The notes under the pieces: generated by a model
Seen by the model: only the letters and a program-made list of their open reading frames with translations
What the model was told of the DNA's origin: nothing
Databases searched by the model: none
Position numbers and translations under genes: made by a program
Assembly: GCA_009602725.1 (NCBI GenBank)
Contig: WELB01000015.1
Span: 441,821 to 503,827 of the forward strand
Length of the DNA: 62,007 nucleotides
Direction of reading: 5' to 3'
DNA from: Spirogloea muscicola
Lineage: Eukaryota
In this document: one piece after another, positions 11,557-23,829 of the stretch
Layout: the number at the start of each line of letters is the position of its first letter
Position numbering within the stretch: the first letter of the stretch is position 1

Positions 11557-13506
11557 GTGCAGGAGGGTCACCCCGTAGCAATTGAGAGTCGCCTGCTTCG
11601 TCCGGCAGAGCGCAACTGTACTACGGGGGAGCAAGAGCTCCTCGCTGTTGTGCACGCCCTACGTGTGTTGCAATGCTATCTCGAGGGTGTTGAATTTACG
11701 GTCGTAACGGATCATTGCCCGTTGACCTACTTTCACACACAACAGCATTTGAGCAGGCGTCAAACAAGGTGGGCAGAGTTGTTGGCCATATTCGATTTCC
11801 ATTGGGTGTTCCGCCCTGGAAGAATGAATGTTGCGGACCCGGTGAGCCGCAACATTGTAGGGGCTGATGTGGCGGCTGTCTTGCACGCTACAGGGATTCA
11901 GACCGCAGACGTGCGGCCTACTCGTGGAGCTGCTCGGCAGTCCACCGCCAACCTCTCTGAGCTGTATGTGCGTATTCGTAATGGGTATAGCACCGACCCA
12001 TGGTTTGCAGATGCAACCAAGACACGCACACTTGTGTCTGACCAAGATTTTTGGTGGCGCGGGGACGCCATTGCGGTTCCTGACTGCAATGGCCTACGAA
12101 GTACTATCATGCAAGGAATGCATGAGCCACGCTACAGTGGTCATTCGGGTATGGGGAAAACAAAGAAAGCTATTCAGCTTCTCTTTTGGTGGCCAGGCTT
12201 GAAAGCCCAAGTACAGTCGTTTGTGAAGACTTGCGCCAACTGCCAGCGTAGTACGCTCCACAAGCCTGCCGGTTTGCTTCAACCTTTGGAGATTCCTCTG
12301 CGGAACTGGTCTGATGTCAGTGTGGATTTCATCACACAACTTCCCAAAACAAAAACAGGCTATGATGCCATCGTCGTGTTTGTGGATCGTCTAAGTAAGA
12401 TGGTGCATTTTGCGCCTACGACAACCAAAGTGTCCGCTCAGGAATTTGCTGGTATCTTCGTGACCGTGTATGGAAACTTGCACGGAGTGCCCGAGCGAAT
12501 TGTGTCTGATCGCGACCCTCGCTTCACAGGTTACTTCTGGCGAGAAGTGTGCAGGCTTATTGGCACTAAGCAGTCCTTATCCCCGGAATTCCACCCCCAA
12601 AGCGATGGTCAGACCGAACCGATGAATCGGGTTTTGGAGGACATGTTACGGCATTTTGTAAACCCCAGCCAGACTGACTGGGATAAGTATCTCGCCGCCG
12701 CGGGATATGCGGTGAAGAATGCCTTTCATGAGTCCACCAAGAACACCCCTTTTTTCCTTAACTACGGTCAGCATCCCCGAGCAACTTTGCAGGTGGGGAG
12801 GCCGGAACGTGTCCCGGCCGCAACAACCTTTACCGGTCACCTCCTGGAAGCTCAGCGGAGGGCTAGGCAATGCTTGGAGATTGCCCAGCAACGGCAAAAG
12901 GAGTATGCTGATCGACGTCGTCGAGATATATCCTTCGACGTGGGTGCTCAAGTGCTCTTGAGCACGAAACAACTCTCCATGCGAACTGTCGGCACGCCTA
13001 AATTGCTGCCAGAGTGGGTTGGACACTTTCGTGTAGTGCGCCGTATCGGCCCGGTCGCAGATGAGCTGGAAACACCGGTACACTGGAAAATCCACAAGGT
13101 ATTCCACGTGTCCCAGCTCGAACCATTCCATTCCGACGGTCGTGTCCAACCGCCCCCACCTTCCCTCGTTGTTGCCGACGAGGAAGAGTTTCAGCTGGAG
13201 GAGATCTTGTCTCACCGCGACGAACTCCGTGGGCGACGTAAGTGCCGAGAGTACCTTGTCAAGTGGCTAGGTTATGGACCTGAGCATAACACGTGGGAAC
13301 GGGCGGCCAATCTTGGCCATTGTCGCGCCGTGTCCGTAAGTATCTTGCCAAAGGGCATTCCCCATTGCGTCGTAGCACCACACAACCCCGTCGAAACTAA
13401 CCTCTTCGGATTCGTGGTGTCCTGTCTTAGTTTCCGAGGACGTGAACATCTAAGTGGGGAGGAATGTGACGTCCCTGCTGTTACGGGACGCTTAACTCCG
13501 ACTTAA
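11557..13506 (+). CDS. Open pol segment: RNase H C-half, integrase (HHCC, D-D35-E) and chromodomain
   Basis: EQELLAVV, TDHCPL, RWAELL; MHEP..GH...C..CQ; SVDFIT / SDRD / DGQTE (35 residues from D to E); EEILSHR...EYLVKWLGYGPEHNTWE. The upstream RT is frameshifted, so this is probably not expressed as a full pol. Confidence 0.9.
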   Translation: MQEGHPVAIESRLLRPAERNCTTGEQELLAVVHALRVLQCYLEGVEFTVVTDHCPLTYFHTQQHLSRRQTRWAELLAIFDFHWVFRPGRMNVADPVSRNIVGADVAAVLHATGIQTADVRPTRGAARQSTANLSELYVRIRNGYSTDPWFADATKTRTLVSDQDFWWRGDAIAVPDCNGLRSTIMQGMHEPRYSGHSGMGKTKKAIQLLFWWPGLKAQVQSFVKTCANCQRSTLHKPAGLLQPLEIPLRNWSDVSVDFITQLPKTKTGYDAIVVFVDRLSKMVHFAPTTTKVSAQEFAGIFVTVYGNLHGVPERIVSDRDPRFTGYFWREVCRLIGTKQSLSPEFHPQSDGQTEPMNRVLEDMLRHFVNPSQTDWDKYLAAAGYAVKNAFHESTKNTPFFLNYGQHPRATLQVGRPERVPAATTFTGHLLEAQRRARQCLEIAQQRQKEYADRRRRDISFDVGAQVLLSTKQLSMRTVGTPKLLPEWVGHFRVVRRIGPVADELETPVHWKIHKVFHVSQLEPFHSDGRVQPPPPSLVVADEEEFQLEEILSHRDELRGRRKCREYLVKWLGYGPEHNTWERAANLGHCRAVSVSILPKGIPHCVVAPHNPVETNLFGFVVSCLSFRGREHLSGEECDVPAVTGRLTPT

Positions 13507-14339
13507 GCGCTATTGTGTAACCACTGACGCGCACGTGCCTGACGCGTGCGACGCGCGTGCGACGCGCGAGCGACCCGCGCGAGGTTTCGCGCGGTGTGAC
13601 GCGCCTGCTGACGAGTGACGTGCAGGCGCGCCGCCTCCAGCCGAGGCGGCGAATCCTGGACTTCCAGAGAAAATCTCCTCGGCATATTCTCGATACTGCC
13701 GCCGTACTCGCAATGACGTGTATGCGACACGTGTGGCGCGCCTGTGACGCCGCGCCACACATGTGACCCACTGGCGGCGCCGCTCGGCGGCGCCGCAGGA
13801 CGGCCGCCGCTTCCGAAAGGAAGCTGCCTGGCCTGCCCTCGTACTAGATTCCCCTTGTCGGGCCCGCCTCTCTCAGGTGGGCCCTGAGACGGTCCTCCCA
13901 GAGACCCCTGGGGAGGGTGGCACATGAAGCACTACAAGTAGGGCTGAGAGCAGACTCGGGTCACCCGGTCAATCTCAGTGCAGCCCGCGAGAGAGAGGCG
14001 CAGCCCCGATGGCGCCTGCTGCCGCAGCCCGCCGACGCAGCCCTGCTGCTGCCTGCTGCCGCAGCCCGTCGCCGCATCCCGTCGTCGCGGATCATAATCG
14101 GCTCTCTGTGAGTAAGACTGTGACTCCAGTCGCTGGCCCGCGCTTGAGAGGTGAGCTGCTGCCTGTCGGCAGCATCTCAGGGCAAGATTTCCGCTGTGTA
14201 GAACACGTGGTGCTTTGCTGTGCTGGGGGTTTGTCGTTAAACCCCAATGACCAAACCAATCAGGAAAAACTGACCCTTGACTGTGCTCCTAAGGGACAGG
14301 AATGTTTCAAGGACTCTGGCATAAGCAATTCTTCATGAC

Positions 14340-14588
14340 GACTCGAATAGGCGGTAATGGATGTCTGCTTGAGCCGCCGCCCTTGCTCAACGCGGGTGTC
14401 ATGTTGAAGGCCACGGATGACGGCGAGCGCCGACGCTTGCTTCGCGTCCGACACATCAAGCATCTTGGCGACAAGTCGGAGAGCGGCAAGGCGTTCCTCC
14501 AAAGGAAGCGCCAGTTTGTCCGTGTCGGCCGGCGCGGGCTCGTCCACCGTCTGGACCGGCTCGGCGTCGTTCTCAATGTCAATGTCGA
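14340..14588 (-). pseudogene. C-terminal part of the pogo-like transposase (continuation of 22049-23110)
   Basis: Removing the insert bounded by TSD GTCGA joins ...ELQGLHVD to IDIENDAEPVQTVDEPAP...RRLKQTSITAY. Confidence 0.75.
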
Positions 14589-15341
14589 TGTAAAGAACCT
14601 AGCTCTAAACACGCAGTTAGAGAGAGCAGTCCTTATTGGGTTCGAGCATAGGGGGTTTAGGGGCCAACCCACTACACAAGGAAGCACTAGCGCATAGCGC
14701 AGCGGCAGACAGGCCCTGTGGCGCCGCCGTCCGGCGGCGACTCCACCTCCTGGGCGCAGGCCGGCGCAGCAGGCCCCGCAGCGCAGTGCGGCGGCGGCTG
14801 CGGCGGCGAGCAGCGGCAAGGCTGCTCCAAGGCTTCCCGGGCTCGAACTGATTGATTGAGAGCCTCAGCCCCTGAGGCTCCTCAGTGCTTCCCCGTGCCA
14901 CCCCCCCTCCAGGGGTGTGAGCAGGTTCGCCCGAAGGCCCGCCTTGCGGCAGGCCCAAAGATCCTCCCTTGAACGGGCGGATCCTGGCGAGGGGTATTTC
15001 GGGACGGGCGGGGCCCGCACCTGGGCGGGCCACTTGCCCGGCCAGCCAGCCCGCCAGCTGGCGGGTCACCTGGCCCAAATAGTCGGTCATGTAGTGCCAA
15101 CAGAGCCATGTTGTGACGTTCCTACTTACTGTGAGCGTTAAACCAGGTTGTTACGCTCACCTGATTGGCACGTGGCCGACCGGGCCTGGCCAGGTGGTCC
15201 CGCACGGGGGCCTCGGTGGCGCGGTGTCCACCCTGGCGACCCGCGCACGGGGCCGCGGTGGCGCGGTGTCCACCCTGGCGCCCGGCGCACGGGACCGCGG
15301 TGGCACGGTTCCACCCTGGCGCCCGGCGCACGGGGCCGCGG

Positions 15342-15477
15342 NNNNNNNNNNNNNNNNNNNNNNNNNNNNNNNNNNNNNNNNNNNNNNNNNNNNNNNNNNN
15401 NNNNNNNNNNNNNNNNNNNNNNNNNNNNNNNNNANNNNNNNNNNNNNNNNNNNNNNNNNNNNNNNNNNNNNNNNNNN
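15342..15477. other. Assembly gap
   Basis: Run of N; it hides one junction of the nested A LTR. Confidence 0.99.
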
Positions 15478-16321
15478 TTAGAGACAAACCCCCAGCACAG
15501 AGAAGCACCACGTGTACTACGCAGCGGAATACCTTGCCCTGAGGCGCCGCCGACAGGCGGCGACTCACCTCTTCAGGTACGGGCCAGCAACTGTCCCCAG
15601 TGGGAGCAGCCACAGTCTACTTACAGGAGAGCGGATGAAGATCCGCAGCGACGGGTTGCGGCGTCGGGCTGCAGCAGCAGGCAGCAGCAGGCCTGCGTGG
15701 ACGAGCTGCGGCAGCAGGCGGCAGCAGGGCTGCGCGCCTCTCTCTCGCGTGGGCGTCACTGACTTGGACCGATTACCCTGAGCCTGGTCTCAGCCCTACT
15801 TGTAGTGCTTCGTGTGCCACCCTCCCCAGGAGTCTCTGGGAGGCTCGCCGCAAGGCCCACCTTCGATAAGGCGGGCCCGACAAGGGGAATCTAGTACGTG
15901 GCAATGCCACGCGGCTTCCCTCTGGAAGTGGCGGCCAGTGGTGGCCAATGTTGGCCAGCCTGCGGCGCCTCCTGGCGGCGGCGCCCCTGCGGCGCCGGCT
16001 TGCGGCGCCGCCAGTGCGTCACGGTTGTGGCGCGGCGTCACGGGCGCGCCACACGTGTCACATACACGTCATTACGAGTGTGTCGGCAGATACCAGAATA
16101 TGCCGAGAAGCTTCCCTCCCGAAGTCCAGGATTCGCCACCTCTGCTGGAGGCGGCGCGCCTGCATGTCACATCGTCAGCAGGCGCGTCACACCGCGCGAC
16201 ACCTCACGCGGGTCGCTCGCGCGTCGCACGCGCGTCGCACGCGTCAGGCACGTGCGCGTCAGTGGTTACACGGTAGCGCTTAACTCGGAGTTAAGCGTCC
16301 CGTAACGGCGGGGACGTTACA
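15478..16321 (-). mobile_element. LTR family A nested in the 5' LTR of the B element
   Basis: Ends ...GGGGACGTTACA at 16321; the B LTR resumes at CTCGGGGCGGG. Confidence 0.88.
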
Positions 16322-19300
16322 CTCGGGGCGGGCCCGCATGCGGCCCGCCCCGCGGGGTGGGCCATGGAGCGACCCCATGCGTCCCTGAGGGGGGGCGGCA
16401 CCGGGAGCACTAGGAGTCTGGGGGCTGAGAGCTGAGCACGAGTTCGGACAGTGAAGCCCCGAGAGCGGCGCAGCCCTGCTGCTGCGCCTGCTGCTGCAGC
16501 TCGCCGCCGCAGGACGCTGCCGGCTTGCTGCAAGGCGTCCGTGGCCGGCCCTTGGTGGGCTAGCTGCGGGCTGGTGCCCGAGACATGGAGACGCCGCCTG
16601 ACGGCGGCACCACAGGGCAAGACTTCCGCTGCGCGCCGAGGCGCAAGGTGCTGCACGGCGTAGGGGTTTGCTTCAAACCCCTACGTCCGAACTTGATAAG
16701 GACTTGACCGCCTAACTGCCTGTCTGCAGGGGTCGAGTCGTCACATTTGATATCAGAGGATGTTCTTGCATCTTGCAGGTCTTGTTTTCTTACAGACTGC
16801 TGATGCATGGATCCTCCTGATTTTCTGCTTTGACTTCCTCATTTGAGCGAGAGCAATTTTGTCAGAGCAGGGACGTGGCAGTGCAGGCGGGCGGCAATCG
16901 CAATTTTGCTGACCCGGCGCCACGACCATCGGCATCGGCTGCCGGATTTTCCTACGCACGCGTACCAAGGCCTGTCGGCGAATAGCCCATCTGAGAGTGG
17001 GAGGTGAAACCGGCAGCCGCTGGGCGGCAAAGGTTAAATCGTTCCACCAAGCTCGGCTTTGTGCTCCGGTCTTGGACCTTCTCTGCAGTTGCTTGTCTGC
17101 CATGCTGTATGGAGGTACGGGTTAGCGCACTGTCCTGCTTGCTCGCTTGCTGGTGGCCACCAGTACTGCGATGTCCTGCTAATCAGTATGGAGTCGTGAT
17201 ATGCTGACCATCGGAACCTGGATTGATCACTCAGTGTTTCCTTTGGAAGGCATGGAGTCGCGATACTCCAGTGCGCGCCCCAGCCCTCCTCGGTCGGCTG
17301 TACAACCGGTTGCAGTGGAGTAGATGGTCAAAGAGATGGCACAACTCCGGACGACGGCCGGCCCACTGGGCCCGGCCCTCCGGACGGCTTCCGGCCCCTG
17401 GTGGCCTGTCGCCGGAGGACTTGCGCGGAGTCGCACTCCTCACGGAGCATCGGGAGGCAGCAATGGCTGTCATGGACCCTGCCTCACACGCCCTGCTAGG
17501 GGCGCTGTGCAAGGAGGTGCAGGCCACGCTCATGTACGGTCTAGTACCGCTGAGCGTCGGCTGAAGCGGGTCATGGGCCAAGTGCATTGATTGCACGACG
17601 GCCACGGCCAGGCGCACACCCTTCAAGAGGGGAGGTGCAAGCCCAGCTCGGCTGGCTGATTACCAGCGAGCGACGGCTCAGGAGGGCCAGGGCCCAGGTG
17701 CATGGATTGCACGGGGCCCAGGTGCATGGGTTGCACCAGGGCCAGAATCAGACGAACACCCTCTTTGGGTCGTGTCGCCTGCCCGCACTCCGGAAATTTT
17801 CTGGCCAGATGGAGCGTGGGGACCTCCACGTCTGGCTGGATGCGATCACGGATTGGTTCGTGCAATTTGGCAAGGCCGAGGCGGCAAGACTGCATCTTGC
17901 GCCGCATACCTCACTGGCGAGCCTCACCAGTGCTGGTAATCCGTGAAGGAAAGCTCCACTCCCGAGATGACAATACCTGGGAGTTTTCCTCGACATCTTT
18001 GACCATTATTGTCTTTGGTTGGTCCATATACGCAAGCTTGGGGCTCGCGTGGACACCATTACGACGGAGGCATTTATGAACCTTTAATCGATGGCGGCGC
18101 ATGGCGCAAGCTTACTACTTTGCATTGTCACCCATCGATCAAGCGCCCTCCTGCTGCGGCGGGACGACAGCGAGGCCCACTGAGGGGCCGCACGCACACG
18201 CTCTCCTACTGAGGCGGGCATTCCTTCTTACCAAGCTGTGGGAGCTCGGACGGAGGCGAGGCCCACTGAGGGGCCGCATCTCAGTCCCCGCCGGGGGCTC
18301 GAGGATATGGCGTCGGAGCCACGCGCTGGTTGCTTTCGCTGCGGCGACCCAAACCATCGCACCCGGGATTGCAAGGCTTCGGGCCTTCTACCTCTCGGCT
18401 GGCACATTCCCTCGGGCGGGGCAAGGGCAATGACAAGGGCACGCGAGGGTACCCTGCCAAGCCTCGATGAATGACCTCAAAGGGCAAGCTGTTTGACCTC
18501 GTTGGCCAGGTCGGCCTGCAATCGGACGTACCTGATATACGCTCGATCTCTGCAACCCTGCAAGCTCTGGGGGCCGGAGGGCCTCTATGTGTGTGGATGT
18601 CCCACGCTGACTTGCACGTCGCAGCGAACATATACCTGAGTGACCTTTTCGGCCTGAAGACGTGATGTCTTCCTTGTGCCTTGGAGGCGCAACGTGGTTC
18701 ATCGACCTCTGCGTGGGATGTAGCTGCTGTGCTCATGTGATAAGGGACACCAGCTCCTACGGCCTGGCGGTGATAATAATCAGGAAAGGCCGCACCCAGC
18801 GAGACTGCTGGTGTATGTCGCCCGCCACCCAGTTCTTGGTGCTGTACACGAGGTACAGACAATGATATTTGAGGAGCTGGTTGCTAATGCACCGGCTAGG
18901 ATCCTCATGGAGTCAAGGGCCACTGTGTGCTTTGTCGATAAAAACTTGGATTGGCGTCCATAGCTTGGATGTGGAGTCCACTGCTCTGGAGCGCGTGACA
19001 TTGGCAATTGGCCAACACACTGATGTGCTGGGTATATGCACGGTTCCCATTCGCATCCAGAAAGACAAGGCCGTTGTGTCTTGTGATGCCATTAAGCTGG
19101 CGGGAAATTTTGGATGTGAACTTGGGGATTGAGTGGCTTGGTGCCACATCAGCATGCCTTGACTTTGAGCGCCATACTTGCACTGTACAACGTTGCGCAC
19201 GGCGCCTTTTCCTTTGCAAGAAGGATGCTTGGCTTGGTGCCACATCAGCATGCCTTGACTTTGATCGTCATGATTGCACTGTACACCGTGGCGCGCTCGG

Positions 19301-19667
19301 CGCCTTGTCCTGTGCAAATGAGCAGTTCTTCACACCGCCATGAGCGGCTGGCAACTTGATCCTGCTGTTGCCACGCAGATGACGAAGCTGCTGCACAAGC
19401 AAGCGGTCGAGTCCGCGTACCTTGTGTTGATGACGTCGTGTGACGAGTCTGCCCCTGACTCGTATGTGAGTGCTGAGTCCTCACAATGCGGAGTTCTTGA
19501 TAAGCTGCTGGATGAGTGCTTGGGTGTGGTACCCGAGACTCTTCCGGACGGTCTACCTCCTCACCGAGGTTTGGCTCGTACCATTCGGATGGAGCCAGGC
19601 GCTGAGCCGCCGTACAGACCAATGAGCCGACTGATTCCTCTCGACTCTCGAGAGATGCAAAGCCAAG

Positions 19668-20723
19668 ATGATTTTGCTAAGGAAGGGTCGTGGGGAGCCT
19701 TCTCAGTCGCCGTATGGTGCACCGAGTTTCTTCGTGCAGACGAAAGACGGCAGTCTTTGGATGTGCATCGTTGATCGAGCTTTTGGCAAGCTCACTATCA
19801 AGAACCGCTACCTTCTGCTACATAGGCAGATCGGGATATGCGTCGATCCCAAGACGACTTTGGTCGTACGGGATTGGCCTGTGCCACGGAATGTGCCTCA
19901 GCTGCGATCCTTTCAGGGATTCGCGAATGACTTCCGGAAGTTCCAACAAGGGTTTGGGAACTTGGCACATCCTCTTACGTGGCTCACTCGCAAGGACGTA
20001 CCCAGGGAGTGGTCGTCCGAATGCCAGAGGGTATTCGAGGATATCCAACAGGCTCTTACATCTCCGCCTGTACTTGCCTTTCCTCGAGCCGGATTACTTC
20101 AACCCCTGACGATTCCTGAGCGGAATTGGGCTGATGAGCGTGTTGATTGGACCACACAAGTGCCTAAGACGCGGAATGGATGGAATGGACGCGGTTTTAA
20201 TTTTCGATGCCATTATCGTCTTGATGGATCGGTTGTGCAAGATGGTACCCTTTGCTCTAAACGACCACGCATGCTTCGACGCAGGACTTTGCTGGCATCA
20301 TTGGGGATAAGGTGTGGAACTGGCGTACCCGAAAGGATGGTCTTGGACCGCGATCCTCGATGTACGGGTCACTTCTGGCAAGCAGTATGCAAGCGTATTG
20401 GCACTGAGCAGGCCAAGTCCACCGTCTTCCATCCCCAAAGCGATGGCCAAATCGAGAGGATGATTCGGGTTCTGGAGGACATGCTATGGCATCTTGTCAA
20501 ACCAAGTCAAACTGACTGGGATGATTCGGCTCCGGCCGACTATGCTGTGAACAATGCTTATCATGAGTCCACCAGACAAAGACCCTTCTTCATCAATGAC
20601 GGTCAGCATTCCCGATCACCTTTGCAGGTGGGGAGGCCGGACTGCATTCCGGCCGCTGTTCCTCTTGGAGGCCCAATGATGGGCCTGGCAATCTTGGAAA
20701 TTGTCCGACCGCAGAGGCAGTAG
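19668..20723 (+). pseudogene. Deleted pol ORF (RT start fused to RT end fused to integrase core)
   Basis: SPYGAP..KLTIKNRY jumps to GICVDP..WPVPRNV (YxDD region missing); LTSPPVLAFP jumps to AGLLQPL (RNase H and HHCC missing). Confidence 0.8.
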
Positions 20724-22048
20724 GCTTATGCTGACCAACGTCGGAAGGATGCGTCCTTCGTCGTGGGTGCTCGAATACTGTTGCGTACAAAGCACCCATC
20801 CTTGTGGGCAGTGGGAATGCACCAGTTGCCATCCACGAGGGTTGGACTTTCCCCCGCGGTACGCCTTTTGCCAAGGTGTCCTATGAGCTTGGTACACTGG
20901 TACAATGAAAGACTCACCATGTATTCCACGTGTTCCAGCTCCTGGCCTTCCATTCGGATGGCCGCGTCCGACCGCCCCCGTCTCCTCTCTTGCTCGCGGA
21001 TGAGCTTGAGTACGAGGTGGAGGAAATCTTGTCACACCGGGACAATTTCCGTGGGCGTAAGACCCGAGTGTCTCTTGTGAAGTGGCTCGGCTATTGGCCT
21101 GAGCACAACACGTGAAAACCCTGCCGCCAAGCTTGCCCATGGCCAGGCAGCTCTCAGGGCCTACTTCGCGCAGGGTGGTAACTCCCCTCCGCTACGCAGA
21201 GGCCGCAACCGTCGGACGTAAGCTCCTTTGGTTGTCTCCTGTTCCCGCGGACGTGAACACCTAAGTGGGGAGGAATGTACGTTCCCACTTACTGTGAGCG
21301 TTAACGCAGGTTGTTACGCTCACCTAATTGGCACGCGGCCAACCTGGCCTGGCCAGGTGGTCCCGCACGGGGGCCTCGGTGGCGCGGTGTCCAACCTGGC
21401 GCCCCGCGCACGGGGCCGCGGTGGCACGGTGTCCACCCTGGAGCCCGGCGCACGGGGCCGCGGTGGCACGGTGTCCACCCTGGCGTCCGCCTGGCGCCCG
21501 GCGCACGAGGGCCGCGGTGGCGCGGTGTCCACCCCCGGCGCCTCGACACGTTGGCCCCGACAGCGGGGGGTTCCCCTCGGCAGGCCTGTCCCTCGGGGCG
21601 GGCCAGCATGCGGCCCGCCCCGCGGGGTGGGCCATGGAGCGACCCCGTGTGCCCCTGAGGGGGGGCGGCACCGGGAGCACTAGGAGTCTGGGGGCTGAGA
21701 GCTGAGCACGAGTTCGGACAGTGAAGCCCCGAGAGCGGCGCAGCCCTGCTGCTGCGCCTGCTGCTGCAGCTCGCCGCCGCAGGACGCTGCCGGCTTGCTG
21801 CAAGGCGTCCGTGGCCGGCCCTTGGTGGGCTAGCTGCGGGCTGGTGCCCAAGAGGTGGAGACGCCGCCTGACGGCGGCACCACAGGGCAAGACTTCCGCT
21901 GCGCGCCGAGGCGCGAGGTGCTGCACGGTGTAGGGGTTTGCTTCAAACCCCTACGTCCGAACTTAATAAGGACTTGACCGCCTAATTGCCTGTCTGCAGG
22001 GGTCGAGTCGTCACACATGTGGCTTAAGCAGACGGCTGTTTCATTACA

Positions 22049-23110
22049 GTCGACGTGCAATCCTTGAAGCTCAATGTCGGGCACCAAGAATGTCGACGTG
22101 CAATCCTTGAAGCTCAATGTCGGGCTCCAAGAGCTCATCCACGGTGAGCGCATCCTGGACACGCAGATCTTCGATCAGACCGACGATGTCTTGCTCGGCG
22201 GCGACGTCGGACGCCACGAGCGGCGGCCGCGGAACGCCCTAGTCCGTCCACAGACCTGTATGCTCAAAGCACTTGGCAATGGTTTGCTGCCCGACCTTGT
22301 CCCAAGCATGCAGCGTCCAACGCATGGCTTTAAGCTGGTCGACCTTGTAAATGTCGGTCTCCTGGGCCTCGTCGCGATCAACGGCGTGCTGAAGGTGTAG
22401 CCGGCGGTAGTGCCTCTTGGAGCTTGCTGTAATACCTGCGTCCATTGGTTGCAGTTTTGATGTGGTGATGGGCGGAAGCATGATAATCTTCGTCTTCTTA
22501 GGCGCAAGGTCGCCGACTGCATGGCTTGGAGCGTTATCCAAGAGAAGAAGAACGTGGCGGTCCTGTCGTAGCCTGTCTCCATCAAAGGCAGCGAGCCAAT
22601 CACGAAAGAAAAGCCCAGTCATCCATGCTTTGGTGTTGTGCTTGTATGAGAAACCGAGGTCGAGGGCGGTCTTGCCATTCAATGCGCGGGGCTTATCCGC
22701 ATGCCCGATAATGAATGGAGCGCGTTTGTCGGAACCGTCCGCATTGCATGTAAAAGCGATTGTGAATCGCGTTTTGTGCTTTTCAAGGCCTTCGGTTTGC
22801 TGGCGAGCGATGGTGCGGTCGGCGGCCATGCAATAGAAAAGGCCTGTTTCGTCCATGTGTAAACGTCGCACAGGGGGAAAGGTGCGGCGATTGCGCGCAG
22901 GCCCGGGAGGCTTGCGGCGACAACGGCGCTGTCAACAGACCCACTTTCGCCATGACGTTTGAAGGACCGAAAGCCGTGGCGCTGATGAAAGGACTGGAGC
23001 CATCCATTGAAGAATGATAAGGTGCTGTCTCCTCGAGCCTCCGCGAGTGCTTGCCGCCTTGACGAGCTCGACTGGGATCAAACAAGCTTGTGCTCGCACG
23101 CAATGACCCG
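22049..23110 (-). pseudogene. pogo/Tigger-like (CENP-B HTH plus DDE_1) transposase
   Basis: NGWLQSFHQRHGFRSFKRHGESGS (HTH end); frameshift; MDETGLFY, CNADGSDK, KAWMT, LLLLDNAPSH, LQPMDAG (DD31D); later stop and a 43-bp duplication at 22049-22132. Confidence 0.9.
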
Positions 23111-23124
23111 TCCTAAAATACACT

Positions 23125-23561
23125 TTGCTAGGATCCACCCGTCCAAGGGAGGATCTTTGGCCCGCCGCAGAGCAGGCCACGGGGCGACCCGCTCACACCC
23201 CAGGGGGGGGGATGGCACGGGGGAAGCACTACGAGCCTTGGGCTGAGACCCGACAGGAGTTCGGACCTGTGAAGCTGAAGAGCAGCCTTGCTGCTGCTGC
23301 CGCAGCAGCCGCCGCAGCAACCTGCTGGGGATTTGCTGCGGGGAGTCCGTGGCTGCGCCCCTTGGGGGACAGCTGCTGGCTTGCGACCAGGAGGTGGAGT
23401 CGCCGCCGGACGGCGGCGCCACAGGGCCTGTCTTCCGCTGCGCCTATGCGCTAGTGCTTCACCGTGTGATGGGTTCGCTCCTAAACCCCTACAGCCGAAC
23501 GAAGGAAGACTCACCCTTATTGCGTGTGTAAGGGCGAGGTTCTTTACATTTGGTATCAGAG
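23125..23561 (+). mobile_element. 3' part of a family C 5' LTR with tRNA-iMet PBS
   Basis: LTR ends ...TTCTTTACA at 23548, followed by TT TGGTATCAGAG (23551-23561). Confidence 0.85.
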
Positions 23562-23829
23562 GCGGTCTTGCATCCATCGGGCTTGTGATAATTTGTACTA
23601 TTATCTGATGATGCAAGGATCTTCCTGATGTGCTGGCTTGACTTTTCCTATTGAGATGAAGTGCCTTGCCAGACATTGGTCCGTGCGGCTGCTCAGCGGA
23701 AGGGACAGGTGCTGCGTCATCTTTGCGAATGAAGCCAGCACTGCACAACGCCATTCAACGACTGCCTGATCCTTTGAGGAGGACCACCTGCTGCGTATCG
23801 CCAACTTGAGGTGTGGCTTGAGTCTGCAG

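Larger units (their letters stand above)
8793..14309 (+). mobile_element. Ty3/Gypsy chromovirus lacking its 5' end: degenerate pre-RT region and RT, RNase H-integrase-chromodomain, PPT and 3' LTR (family A, 13465-14309)
   Basis: RT start LYRLSTLE (split by the 9902 LTR), SPYGAP, VPRNVPQLRSF; PPT AAGTGGGGAGGAA immediately before TGTGACGTCC at 13465; LTR ends ...AATGTTTCA. Confidence 0.9.
15112..22015 (+). mobile_element. Two-LTR Ty3/Gypsy chromovirus, family B, internally deleted (5' LTR 15112-16745, 3' LTR 21276-22015)
   Basis: TSD CATGT (15107-15111 and 22016-22020); PBS-like TGATATCAGAG after the 5' LTR; PPT AAGTGGGGAGGAA before the 3' LTR; gag with CFRCGDPNHRTRDC (~18328-18372); integrase and chromodomain remnants. 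Confidence 0.92.
14589..22048 (-). mobile_element. Solo LTR, family C (14589-15111 plus 22016-22048), split by a family B element
   Basis: TGTAAAGAA...TTCATTACA; TSD GTCGA (14584-14588 and 22049-22053). Confidence 0.9.

Noticed and set aside
19134..19285. Local duplication TGGCTTGGTGCCACATCAGCATGCCTTGACTTTGA (also 18170/18257 and 22049-22132)
   Set aside because: Ordinary slippage duplications within decayed coding remnants.
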